The position numbers were made by a program, and so were the translations under genes. This document shows, one piece after another, positions 35,720 to 44,891 of a DNA stretch of 64,000 bases (the stretch's first letter is position 1; each line of letters starts with the position of its first letter). The notes beneath the pieces were generated by a model, which ran no database searches, was not told the origin of the DNA, and saw nothing but the letters and a program-made list of their open reading frames with translations. Origin of the DNA: an uncultured delta proteobacterium (lineage in GTDB: Bacteria > Myxococcota_A > UBA9160 > PR03); assembly GCA_963801625.1 (NCBI GenBank), contig CAWDFQ010000011.1, positions 18,147-82,146 of the forward strand, in the 5' to 3' direction.

Positions 35720-36100
35720 ATGTGGGACTCGTCAACGCTCACCATGGACCCAAGAACCCGCTTCTACCCCTATGATGCTCATGCTCTGGTCGAGACCATC
35801 GACGACAGCCCGTTGATGCGTCTCGCCCGCCGCTTGCACCCGCGTTGGGAAGGGGACGATGTGCTGAACTGCTTCCGCTGCGCCGACCTCGCAGGCAGCG
35901 TCGGCCGATACGGCTTCACGGTGCGCGACGGCGCGCGGTTCAACTGGATCTACTGGGCGTGGGAGCTGCTTCCGCTCGCGTTTCGCCCGTTCGAGTTGTT
36001 CACTCCGCTCGCGATCGAACGCGAGTCCGCCCTGAGTCTACCCTTCGCTCGCTGGGGGGCGCACCGCTGGCTCGTGGCGGAGAGGAGCGGAGCGTCATGA
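35720..36100 (+). pseudogene. Probable C-terminal remnant of a methyltransferase
   Basis: ETIDDSPLMRLARR...YGFTV...WLVAER resembles the second half of class I MTases; no GxGxG SAM motif upstream; stop overlaps the next start. Confidence 0.4.
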
Positions 36101-36702
36101 CCCGACCCGACCCGCCCAATCCGACTTCGGCAATCGCCCAGATCCGGCGCCTGGCTGGGACGGTGTCGTTCCACGAGGCCTTCGTCATCTATCTCGACGA
36201 GTGGGTGGGAGCCATCCTGCGTCCGATCCCCAGTCTCGTCGGTGCGACGCTCCGCTGGGCCTACTGTCGGCTCGTGTTCGCGCGCCTCGACGGCTTCTGC
36301 TTCATCCGGCCCGGTGCCCGCATCAGCTATTCGTATGGCATCGTCGCGGGCCGCAATCTGCACGTGAATGGAGGCGCCTCGATCGATGCCCGTGGTGGCC
36401 TGATCGTGGGCGACAACGTGCTGATCGGTCCCAACGCGGTGCTCCTCACCTCGCAGCACCATTGGTCGGATCCGTCCCTGCCGATCGTCGTCCAAGGCCA
36501 CCAGATGGCGCCCACCAGGATCGGTGACGACGTGTGGATCGGTGCCAACGCCGTGATCCTGCCCGGTGTCACGGTCGCCTCCGGCACCGTGGTCGGAGCC
36601 GGAGCAGTGGTCACCAAGGACACCGAGCCATACTCGATCGTCGCCGGCATTCCGGCCCGTGCCGTCGGCTCGCGTCCCGGACCTGCCGGCATCGCTCCGT
36701 GA
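36097..36702 (+). CDS. Hexapeptide-repeat (LbH) sugar O-acetyltransferase
   Basis: IGDDVWIGANAVILPGVTV, GAGAVVTKD, GIPAR. Confidence 0.9.
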   Translation: MTRPDPPNPTSAIAQIRRLAGTVSFHEAFVIYLDEWVGAILRPIPSLVGATLRWAYCRLVFARLDGFCFIRPGARISYSYGIVAGRNLHVNGGASIDARGGLIVGDNVLIGPNAVLLTSQHHWSDPSLPIVVQGHQMAPTRIGDDVWIGANAVILPGVTVASGTVVGAGAVVTKDTEPYSIVAGIPARAVGSRPGPAGIAP

Positions 36703-36722
36703 CCGCGTCGAGTGCGAGGCAG

Positions 36723-38258
36723 ATGCGCACCCTTCGTTGGTGGTTCCTTCTCGCGGTCGCGTTTCTCCTCTTCTCCGGCGTCTACAGCCAACGCGCGCCC
36801 TGCGGCTACTGGATGAATACAATTTTCGGTCACGACGCCTGGCTCGAGAACGACCCCGGCGCCTACTACCTCGCGTCGGCGCACGAACTCGAGTGGCGCC
36901 AGACACCGCTCTACGTCGGACACCCCGGCGCGACGCTCACCCCGCTCCTGCTCGGTGTCCAGTCGATGCTCTATGCGCTCGAAGCACCAGCGGGCACCTC
37001 GTTCACCCGCTTCACGGCGCAGAATCTTCCCCAGGTCTTTCTGCTCTCGAAGCTCTTGATGACGATCCTGCACCTCGTCTCTTTCGCTGCGCTCTACGCA
37101 CTCTCGAAGGAGCTGCTGCGCGACACGCGCGCAGCAGCGTTCGCGGTGCTCGGCTACGCCACGTCGTTTCCGGTTCTCTACTTCCTATCTCGCATCTCGG
37201 TCGAGCCGCTGATGGTGACGTTCTTCGCGGTCGCGTTCCTCGCCGTGTGGCGGTGCCAGGATCGACTGGCGGAGGGGCGCGTCCGCGCCGCGCTCGTGTA
37301 CGTGGCAATCGCCGCGTTCGCCGCCATTTCCGGGCTGGCGACGAAGCTCGTGTTCCTCGGACCGCTGCCCTTCTTTCTGCTGCTCCATATCTTGATGAGC
37401 AGTGGCCGCGAAGCCTGGCGCACGCGCATTGGCGCACTGTGCGTCTTCGCCGCCGTCGGCCTGGCTGCCTTCCTCGCCTATTCGCAGATCATCGATTGGG
37501 GGGCCTTCTCCCACCAGTGGACCAAGATCGCGACGCGCGAGGTCCCCGAGCGGGCGCCGACGGTCTACGATTTCCTGCCTGGTTTCGGTTCGGGCCGGAT
37601 CTTCCTGCTCGCCGAGCTCGGGTTCGGGGCACTTGCCGCAATCGGGTGGGTGCGCTTCCTGCTCACCCATCGGAACAGCTCCGGTCGCGCGCTCTGGCTG
37701 TCCGCGTACTCGGGATACGCGCTGCTGGTCTTCGTGTATCGAGTGGCGCGTGAAGGCACCTTCCTTCCGTTCCACTACTTCTTCGTCACGCAGGCTTTCC
37801 TGTCGGTATTCTTCGGGTTCTTCACGGCGGAGCTCTGGCGACGCCTGCGCATGCCATCCTCGGGATGGCGCACTGCGATCGCCGGGCTCGCGTGGCTGCT
37901 GCTCCTCCACGGTGTCGGCGCCTGGGCGGTGGTCGACGCACGGCGCTACGACGCGGCCGCGTTCGAAGACAACCGATCCGCCTTGACCCTCGTGGCGCAG
38001 CTAGGCCCGTCGGACCGGATCGCGATCGAGGTGGCGCCGGGAGCCGCCGCGCAGGCGATGGACAACCTGAATAGCTTGCACGGAATCACGTTCCCCTTCT
38101 TCTGGTCCAAGCGACGCTCCGCGCTCGGCGACGAGTTCGCCTCGTTGTTCGTCCCGATCTCGCAGGGTGCAATTCCGGAACAGAAACCACGGACGCCCGC
38201 CCCAGCGCTCGGCGGGAATCTCGTAGTCGTGGGTCCTTCTCAGGGCGGGCGACGCTGA
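36723..38258 (+). CDS. Polytopic membrane protein, putative GT-C glycosyltransferase
   Basis: NDPGAYY, GHPG motif in first loop, SVEP, ATK; about 12 hydrophobic segments. Confidence 0.6.
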   Translation: MRTLRWWFLLAVAFLLFSGVYSQRAPCGYWMNTIFGHDAWLENDPGAYYLASAHELEWRQTPLYVGHPGATLTPLLLGVQSMLYALEAPAGTSFTRFTAQNLPQVFLLSKLLMTILHLVSFAALYALSKELLRDTRAAAFAVLGYATSFPVLYFLSRISVEPLMVTFFAVAFLAVWRCQDRLAEGRVRAALVYVAIAAFAAISGLATKLVFLGPLPFFLLLHILMSSGREAWRTRIGALCVFAAVGLAAFLAYSQIIDWGAFSHQWTKIATREVPERAPTVYDFLPGFGSGRIFLLAELGFGALAAIGWVRFLLTHRNSSGRALWLSAYSGYALLVFVYRVAREGTFLPFHYFFVTQAFLSVFFGFFTAELWRRLRMPSSGWRTAIAGLAWLLLLHGVGAWAVVDARRYDAAAFEDNRSALTLVAQLGPSDRIAIEVAPGAAAQAMDNLNSLHGITFPFFWSKRRSALGDEFASLFVPISQGAIPEQKPRTPAPALGGNLVVVGPSQGGRR

Positions 38259-38355
38259 GGCGCTGCTTGAAGTCGACGCCGGCGCTCGAGTACCGTCCCA
38301 CCTGCTGCGAGACGGCGCCCGGGGACACGTCCGCCGGATTGCGAGGAGCCGCTTT

Positions 38356-39381
38356 GTGAGTCGATCGATTCCGTTGGATTCGCGCATCTTCATCGCCGGG
38401 CATCGCGGCTTGGTCGGCTCGGCGATCGTGCGGCGGCTCACGGCAGAGGGCTTCACGAACCTGCTCGTGGTCGGGCGCGAGCAGCTCGACCTGCGTGACC
38501 AGGCGGCGGTGAACTACTGGTTCCGCGCCAACCGCCCTGAGTACGTGTTCCTGGTCGCTGGCACGGTCGGCGGCATCCTTCCGAATTCGAAGCTCCCGGC
38601 CGACTTCATCTACGACAACCTGATGATCCACGCGACGGTGGTCGATGCGGCCCATACCTACGCGGTCGAGAAGCTGCTCTACCTGGGGAGCTCCTGCATC
38701 TACCCGCGCGAGGCGCCACAGCCGATGAAGGAGGAGTACCTGCTCTCGGGTCCGCTCGAGCCGACCAACGAGTCGTATGCGATCGCCAAGATCGCAGGGA
38801 TCAAGCTGTGCGCCGCATACCACAAGCAGTACGGCTGCAACTTCATCTCCGGGATGCCGACCAATCTGTACGGGCCGTATGACAACTTCGACCTCGAGAC
38901 GTCTCACGTGCTTCCTGCCTTGATCCGCAAGTTCTACGAAGCGAAGCTCCGCGGCGAGAGGCAGGTGACGATCTGGGGAACCGGTACGCCGCGCCGCGAG
39001 TTCATGCACGTGGACGACGTCGCGGACTGCTGCCTCTTCCTGATGCGGAACTACGACGACGTGCCCCACGTGAACATTGGAACCGGCGAAGACTGCAGCA
39101 CCCGCGAGCTCGCCGAACTCGTCCGCGACTGTGTCCATCCGCGCGCCGAGCTCGTCTTCGACACCACGAAGCCCGATGGAATGCCCCGGAAACTGCTCGA
39201 CGTGAGCCGCCTCCACGGCCTCGGCTGGAGCAGCCGGATCGCGCTGCCCGACGGCGTCGCTCAGACCTGTGATTGGTTTGCAGCGAACTACGAGGCGGCG
39301 CTCGCAGGCTCGCGGGCTCTGCTTGGTCGCGGCGGACCGCACGCCGAACCCGAGGTCCGCGCCGTTTCGCCGCGGGCCTGA
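38356..39381 (+). CDS. fcl: GDP-L-fucose synthase
   Basis: AGHRGLVGSA, VGGI, GSSCIYP, YAIAK, PTNLYGP, WGTGTPRREF, KPDGMPRK. Confidence 0.95.
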   Translation: MSRSIPLDSRIFIAGHRGLVGSAIVRRLTAEGFTNLLVVGREQLDLRDQAAVNYWFRANRPEYVFLVAGTVGGILPNSKLPADFIYDNLMIHATVVDAAHTYAVEKLLYLGSSCIYPREAPQPMKEEYLLSGPLEPTNESYAIAKIAGIKLCAAYHKQYGCNFISGMPTNLYGPYDNFDLETSHVLPALIRKFYEAKLRGERQVTIWGTGTPRREFMHVDDVADCCLFLMRNYDDVPHVNIGTGEDCSTRELAELVRDCVHPRAELVFDTTKPDGMPRKLLDVSRLHGLGWSSRIALPDGVAQTCDWFAANYEAALAGSRALLGRGGPHAEPEVRAVSPRA

Positions 39382-39395
39382 GCAGCGCCACTTCG

Positions 39396-40142
39396 ATGGA
39401 GAGCGGCGCGTGGCTCGACGATCCCGCCCGGGTCGCTGAGATCCGGCGGCGGATCCAGGGCAAAGCCGCGCTACGCCTCTGGTATCGCGAGTGCTACGAG
39501 AAATACGCGGCGTGCGTCCGGCGCTGCCCGAGCGAGGGGCTGATCCTCGAGATCGGATCCGGGGCAGGCTTCGTGAAGGAGCTGCTGCCGGAAGCGATCA
39601 CCTCCGACGTCCTCGCCTATCCCGGCGTCGATCGCGTCATCGACGCGACGCGGCTGCCCTTCGACGACGGCGCCCTGCGCGCGATCCTGATGCTGAACGT
39701 CTTCCACCACATCGCCGATGCAGGAGCGTTCCTCGCGGAGGCCGAACGTTGCCTGATGGTCGGCGGGCGCCTCTTCCTGGTGGACCAGCACGTGGGTTGG
39801 ATCAGCGGGCCGCTGCTCGCGCACGGCCATCATGAGCCCTTCGATGCCGAGACGCGCGATTGGCGCTTCGAGTCGCATGGGCCGCTCGTGTCCGCGAACG
39901 GAGCGCTTGCCTGGATCGTGTTCCAGCGGGACCGTGCGCTCCTCGAGCGGCTGCACCCAAGACTCCGGCTCGAGTGCTACAGCCCCCATACACCCCTTCG
40001 CTACTTCCTGTCGGGTGGACTCAAGTCCTGGTCGCTGCTGACCCGGTTTGCATTCCCGCTCGCGACTGTGGTCGACGCGGCATTGACCCGGCTCTCGCCC
40101 CAGTTCGGGAGCTTCGTCGACATCGAGCTGGTCCGAAGCTGA
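39396..40142 (+). CDS. Class I SAM methyltransferase
   Basis: LEIGSGAG, DATRLPF, NVFHH. Confidence 0.85.
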   Translation: MESGAWLDDPARVAEIRRRIQGKAALRLWYRECYEKYAACVRRCPSEGLILEIGSGAGFVKELLPEAITSDVLAYPGVDRVIDATRLPFDDGALRAILMLNVFHHIADAGAFLAEAERCLMVGGRLFLVDQHVGWISGPLLAHGHHEPFDAETRDWRFESHGPLVSANGALAWIVFQRDRALLERLHPRLRLECYSPHTPLRYFLSGGLKSWSLLTRFAFPLATVVDAALTRLSPQFGSFVDIELVRS

Positions 40143-40154
40143 GGCTCTGGGATC

Positions 40155-41498
40155 TCAGAGCCTCGAGATCTTGAGACGCAATACCGCAATTGCCGTCATC
40201 TTCAGCAGCTCCCAGCCATGTCGGAAGCGGTGAATCTGAGTGGTGCCGAAAGTGCGGTCGCGATAGCGGATCGGGACGTCGATGATGCCGAGCCCCAGCA
40301 CGGCCGCGGGGAAGAGCAGCTCGAAGTCGCCGAACGGATCGAAGTCCCCGAAGTCTTCGCGCCAGCGCCGGAAGCGCTCGTAGTCGCTTCGAGCGAAGAG
40401 CTTCGTGCCGCAGAGCACATCCGTCAGCCGCGCCCCCATGATCCAGCTGAGCGTCTTGGTGAAGAACAGATTCCCGAGCACGTTGAGCGCGCGCATCGCC
40501 TTGCCCTCCATCGGGTACACCAGTCGGCTCCCATTGATCAGGTCGGCGTCGCCGCGGCAGTAGGCATCGTAAAAGCGGGGCAGCAGCTCCGGGGGCATGG
40601 TCAGATCGGCGTCGAGGATCGTGAGGAGGTCTCCCGTGGCGTGCGAGAACCCCAGGCGGACGGCGTCCGCCTTGCCCACGCCGGTCTGCTGGAGAGCCTT
40701 GCAGACGATTCGTCCTTCAACGTTCTCGATGACGCGTTGGATCTCCTCCCACGTCCCGTCGGTGGAGTGTCCTTCGACGAAGACGACCTCGAGACGGGCG
40801 CCTTCGAAGCCGGGCAGACGCTGCAACGCCGGCTCGATGTTGCCTCGCTCGTTGCGCGCCGGGATCACGATGCTGAGCGAGGGGCGTTCGAGGGACGGAG
40901 CGATCGGCCGCAGGAAGAGGATGTCGATGAGTGCGAAGTTGCGCACCAGGGGCAGCGAGGAGACGAGGCGGTCGAGCAGCGTCCCGATCCCGAGCAGTGC
41001 GAACGGAAAGTAGGCCGCCGGGCGCTCGCGAACGATCTCGAAGCCCGAAAGCCTGGCGATGCTCGTCAGGACCGCGCGCGTAATGAAGGTGGTGGGAACC
41101 TCGCCCTCGCGCAGGCCCAGGCGATGGGTGAGCGAAAAAAGCCAGCGGAAGTACGGGTTGTAACAGACGGCCAGCACCCGCGAGGTCCGCGAGAGTCGCG
41201 GCTCGAGCTTCATCAGCAGTTTCTGGATGTCGAAGTCGTAGTTGAAGTTCCCATAGAGGAGAACGGCGGAGCGCTGCTCTCGGTCTTCTGAAAAGTCGGG
41301 TGGATCCTGACCCGCCGCGACCATCTCCTTTTGCGGACAGTCGATGGCCTCGAGCAGCTCGCCGTGATCCGACGCGTGCGGGGCCCACTGCACGAGGCGG
41401 TCGTAGTAACGCGTGGCCGTGGAGACCTCGGCGGCGATCTGACGGACGAAGTGGTGAGTAGAGAGTCGCCAGCGCATCGGAACGTCGTACACCTCCAA
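40155..41498 (-). CDS. GT2 glycosyltransferase with degenerate methyltransferase-like N-terminus
   Basis: IPARNERGNI, EGHSTDGT, DADLT, DVLCGTK, DPFGDFELL. Confidence 0.87.
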   Translation of the reverse strand: MEVYDVPMRWRLSTHHFVRQIAAEVSTATRYYDRLVQWAPHASDHGELLEAIDCPQKEMVAAGQDPPDFSEDREQRSAVLLYGNFNYDFDIQKLLMKLEPRLSRTSRVLAVCYNPYFRWLFSLTHRLGLREGEVPTTFITRAVLTSIARLSGFEIVRERPAAYFPFALLGIGTLLDRLVSSLPLVRNFALIDILFLRPIAPSLERPSLSIVIPARNERGNIEPALQRLPGFEGARLEVVFVEGHSTDGTWEEIQRVIENVEGRIVCKALQQTGVGKADAVRLGFSHATGDLLTILDADLTMPPELLPRFYDAYCRGDADLINGSRLVYPMEGKAMRALNVLGNLFFTKTLSWIMGARLTDVLCGTKLFARSDYERFRRWREDFGDFDPFGDFELLFPAAVLGLGIIDVPIRYRDRTFGTTQIHRFRHGWELLKMTAIAVLRLKISRL

Positions 41499-41629
41499 AA
41501 GTCAGTCCGTGGAAGGAAGCTCCCGCGCGATCGGATCGCCGTCGTCCAACAGCAGGCGGCGGGTCAGCGTCGCTCCAGAGACTCCAGAGCATAGGGGTAC
41601 GAGCGGGATCTCTGGGTCGACAGGGAGCG

Positions 41630-41667
41630 TGGGCCGGATCCGCCAATCGATCGACCCCGTAGCCGAG
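41630..41667 (+). repeat. 38-bp direct repeat, right copy
   Basis: Identical to 30994-31031; supplies the putative -35 of TCGACC-N17-TAGCTT ahead of the HAD gene. Confidence 0.95.
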
Positions 41668-41686
41668 ACCGTCTAGCTTGCTCTCC

Positions 41687-42322
41687 GTGGCGCAGCTGAA
41701 CGCGGTGATCTTCGACCTGGGCGGAGTCGTGATGGGTTCCCCCCTGCACGCGATCGCGGCCTACGAGCGCGCCACTGCAATTCCGTCGGGCTTCGTGAAT
41801 CGCCACGTCGTCGCGAACGGCGCGGCGGGCGCCTGGTCGCGACTCGAGCGCGGCGAAGTCTCGCTCGACGCGTTCTATCCGCTCTTCGACGCGGAGTGCG
41901 CGGCAGCGGGACACGCGCTCTCGGCGCGCGCCATGATGGAACACATCGCGATGGCAGCGCAGCCACGCCCGCGCATGCTGGCCGCGATCCGCAGCATCCG
42001 CGCGCGCGGCCTGCGCACCGCGGCGCTCACCAACAACTGGATCGGCGACGGAGGCGATCGGCGCGGCTGGCTCGGTGAGGTCTTCGAAGTCGTGGTCGAG
42101 TCGGCCCTCGAAGGGCTCCGCAAGCCCGATCCGCGCATCTACCGGATCGCGCTCGAGCGCCTCGGTGTCACCGCAGCCGAGACCGTCTTTCTGGACGACA
42201 TCGGCCGCAACCTGAAGCCCGCGCGCGAACTGGGCATGACCACGATCAAGGTCGAAAGCGAGGTGCAGGCACTCGGCGATCTGGCGCAGGCGCTCGGTTT
42301 CGCACTCGACGAAGCGCCGTGA
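41687..42322 (+). CDS. HAD family phosphatase (epoxide hydrolase N-terminal/ACAD10-like)
   Basis: FDLGGV, LTNNW, RKPDPRIY, FLDDIGRNL. Confidence 0.88.
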   Translation: MAQLNAVIFDLGGVVMGSPLHAIAAYERATAIPSGFVNRHVVANGAAGAWSRLERGEVSLDAFYPLFDAECAAAGHALSARAMMEHIAMAAQPRPRMLAAIRSIRARGLRTAALTNNWIGDGGDRRGWLGEVFEVVVESALEGLRKPDPRIYRIALERLGVTAAETVFLDDIGRNLKPARELGMTTIKVESEVQALGDLAQALGFALDEAP

Positions 42323-42350
42323 GCGCACCGCCCGCAGGCCATCGTGGACT

Positions 42351-42379
42351 GTGCAAATCCCGAGTCATTCCCCTATGTT
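42351..42379 (+). promoter_or_regulatory. Possible sigma70 promoter of asd
   Basis: GTGCAA-N17-TATGTT. Confidence 0.3.
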
Positions 42380-42407
42380 CGGCCCGCTTTCTGAACCGGG
42401 GACGAGA

Positions 42408-43421
42408 ATGTCGGGACTACACGTGGCGATCGCCGGCGCGACCGGCGCCGTGGGTGCGGAATTCCTGCGCCTGTTCGAAAAACGCGGCTATCCGATCCGG
42501 AAGCTCTCGCTGCTCGCGAGCAAGCGGAGCGTCGGCAAGACACTGCGCTTCCGCGGCGAGGAGATTCCGGTCGCGGAGCTGACGCCCGACTCCTTCGCGG
42601 GCGTCGAGCAGGCCTTCTTCAGCGCAGGCGCCAGCCAGAGCAAGACCTTCGCAGCCGCGGCGACCGCTGCGGGCGCGATCGTGATCGATAACTCCAGCGC
42701 CTTCCGCTACGTCGACGGCATCCCGCTGGTGATCCCCGAGATCAACCCGGACGACGCCTTCACACACGAGGGCGTCATCGCGAATCCGAACTGCACGACG
42801 ATCGTCGCGCTGATGGCGACCGGTCCGCTGCACCGCGCCTTCGGTCTGCGGCGCGCGGTGATGTCGAGCTATCAGGCGATCAGCGGTGCCGGTGCCCGAG
42901 CGATGGCGGAACTCGAGCGACAGGTCCACGACTGGGTCGCGGGGCGCCCGCTCGAAGTGAAGCAGCAGCCGAAGCAGATCGCCTTCAACGTGATCCCGCG
43001 CATCGACGCCGTGCAGGACAACTTCTACACGAAGGAAGAGATGAAGTTCCTCTGGGAAGGCAGGAAGATCCTCCACCACCCTGCCCTGCTCGCCACCGCC
43101 ACCTGCGTGCGCGTGCCGGTGTTCCGCTCGCACGCCGTGTCGCTGAACCTCGAGTTCGAGAAGCCCGTGACGCGGCAGACCGCGCTCGACGTGCTGAACA
43201 AGGCCGCCGGCCTGCAAGTGCACGACGACCCCGCGTCCGAGATCTACCCGACACCGCTCGAGACCAGCGAACAGGACGACGTCTTCGTCGGCCGCGTGCG
43301 CGAGGACATCTCGGTGCCGGATGGCCGAGGCCTCGCGCTCTGGGTGGTCGGCGACCAGCTCGCGAAGGGCGCGGCGCTGAACGCCGTGCAGATCGGCGAA
43401 CTGCTGCTGCGCGGGAAGTGA
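42408..43421 (+). CDS. asd: Aspartate-semialdehyde dehydrogenase
   Basis: GATGAVG, DNSSAFR, NPNCTT, YQAISGAG, TCVRVPV, KGAALNAVQI. Confidence 0.96.
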   Translation: MSGLHVAIAGATGAVGAEFLRLFEKRGYPIRKLSLLASKRSVGKTLRFRGEEIPVAELTPDSFAGVEQAFFSAGASQSKTFAAAATAAGAIVIDNSSAFRYVDGIPLVIPEINPDDAFTHEGVIANPNCTTIVALMATGPLHRAFGLRRAVMSSYQAISGAGARAMAELERQVHDWVAGRPLEVKQQPKQIAFNVIPRIDAVQDNFYTKEEMKFLWEGRKILHHPALLATATCVRVPVFRSHAVSLNLEFEKPVTRQTALDVLNKAAGLQVHDDPASEIYPTPLETSEQDDVFVGRVREDISVPDGRGLALWVVGDQLAKGAALNAVQIGELLLRGK

Positions 43422-43493
43422 CGCCCCCCAGCGCGCCGACCTTCGCTCCGGCTCGCAGCCTGCCACACGACCGATTGGATTTCTCAGAATCTT

Positions 43494-43797
43494 ACGCGTG
43501 AGGCGCGGGGGCGTGACGTTCGTCCAGAACGTCCTCGGCGGACGAACGATTGCAGCTTCGCGGCGAGCGCTGGTAACCGCCTGCTGGCCTGATGACCGGA
43601 GGGCTTCGCGGGTTCTGGCCGAACGCCCCGCCCCCGCTACTAGCCATTCTCTCCAGAGGGCGTGTGCCAAGCGCGGGCGGTGAACTCGGCCGAAACAATC
43701 CGCAGGCGGTTACCAGCGCTCGCCGCGAAGCCGCCGCTGCACGTCCGCCGAGGACGTTTCGGCCGAGTTCACCGCCCGCGCGCCTCGCAGCAACGAT
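43494..43797. repeat. Palindromic intergenic element, copy 2 (expanded)
   Basis: Perfect inverted repeats 43555-43584/43702-43731 (30 bp), 43528-43544/43742-43758 (17 bp), 43671-43696/43756-43781 (26 bp); between convergent genes. Confidence 0.85.
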
Positions 43798-43841
43798 GCA
43801 AGGCCGGTGCGGCGCGAGGGGCGCACGCAGCGGCCAGAGGG

Positions 43842-44549
43842 TCAGGCCGAGTCCGGGATCCGGTACTCGGTGAGGGGGTGCGACTCGACGCGCTCGATAT
43901 CGAGAAAGGCCCGCACGCTCGCGATCATACGGGCGAGGTTCTCACGCATCTTGTGCGGATCGCCGCCAGCCTTGTACCAGAGCATCGGATTGGTGACGGC
44001 CTCGACCGGGAAGCCCTCCTCGACGATCCCGCGCCAGGGCGGCGCATCCGGCGTGAGCGCGCGCACCACGACGTTGCGCACGTAGAGGTAGGTGCACTGG
44101 ATCTCGAGCGCGAGGGGCGAGTGCTTGTCGTGCCAGATCGCGATCCACTCCTCGAACGACAGGCGTTCGGGCTTCTCGAGCAGCGCGAGCAGCGTGGTGC
44201 CCGGCGTGCGTTCGCCCGGCGCACCGACGTGCGTGGTGTTGGGCAGCACGACCGACTCCGTGACGAGATAACCGGCGAGGCGCGAGGTGTGTGCGCGCAA
44301 CACCGCTTCGATCGCCGGGTGCGCGTCGACGCAATCGAGCCAGAGCGAGACGACTCCCGCGATCGGCTCGCCCTCGCGCGTGATGCGCGCCTTTTGCAGC
44401 GCCTCGGCATGCTCGTCGGCGACGAGCATGGTGATCCGCGTCGCGCCGCGCGCGCGCAGCGCGGGCACCGCGTCGCGCAGCAACGCGTCGCGGAACGTCG
44501 ATCCCGAGACGTTCGCCGGCTTCCAGACCACGTAACAGAGCTTCTCCAC
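43842..44549 (-). CDS. EthD-like dimeric alpha/beta barrel protein
   Basis: GYLVTES, W...H..LA, YVRNVVVR, GIVEEGFP. Confidence 0.7.
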   Translation of the reverse strand: MEKLCYVVWKPANVSGSTFRDALLRDAVPALRARGATRITMLVADEHAEALQKARITREGEPIAGVVSLWLDCVDAHPAIEAVLRAHTSRLAGYLVTESVVLPNTTHVGAPGERTPGTTLLALLEKPERLSFEEWIAIWHDKHSPLALEIQCTYLYVRNVVVRALTPDAPPWRGIVEEGFPVEAVTNPMLWYKAGGDPHKMRENLARMIASVRAFLDIERVESHPLTEYRIPDSA

Positions 44550-44578
44550 GCGGCGCCTCCGTGCTGCTGCGCTTCACT

Positions 44579-44886
44579 CTAGCCGAGCGGAAGCTCGAGG
44601 CGTCGCTTGAGATTCGCGAGCAGCGTCTGCTGGGCGCGGATCGCCTCGCGTTCGACGAAACGGCGCAGCACGAGCGGACAGTGGATCCTCACCGACTCGC
44701 GCACACGCGTCGCAGCTCGCGTTCCACGGCTTCGAAGGCGCGCACTCCCGCTGCCGCCGGCAGCTCGCGGACCTCGGTGAGCAGCGGTTGCAAGCCGAGG
44801 AAGCGCGCAGGCTCCGAAAGCTCTGCGAAGACGCGATCGCGCGGCGCCGCGATCGCGATCTCGCGCTCGAAGCGACAGGTCGCCAC
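44579..44886 (-). pseudogene. SRPBCC (START-like) protein, short and frame-broken
   Basis: IAIAAPRDRVFAELSEP N-terminus and LLANLKRRLE C-terminus in different frames, only ~100 codons in total. Confidence 0.5.
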
Positions 44887-44891
44887 GCAAC

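Larger units (their letters stand above)
31032..41629. mobile_element. Putative inserted surface-glycosylation cassette (no integrase inside)
   Basis: Bracketed by exact 38-bp direct repeats; contains only glycan-related genes in mixed orientation. Confidence 0.6.

Noticed and set aside
22417-43797. CRISPR array or integron attC interpretation of the repeats
   Set aside because: No regularly spaced repeat-spacer units, no cas or intI genes, and no GTTRRRY/RYYYAAC ends
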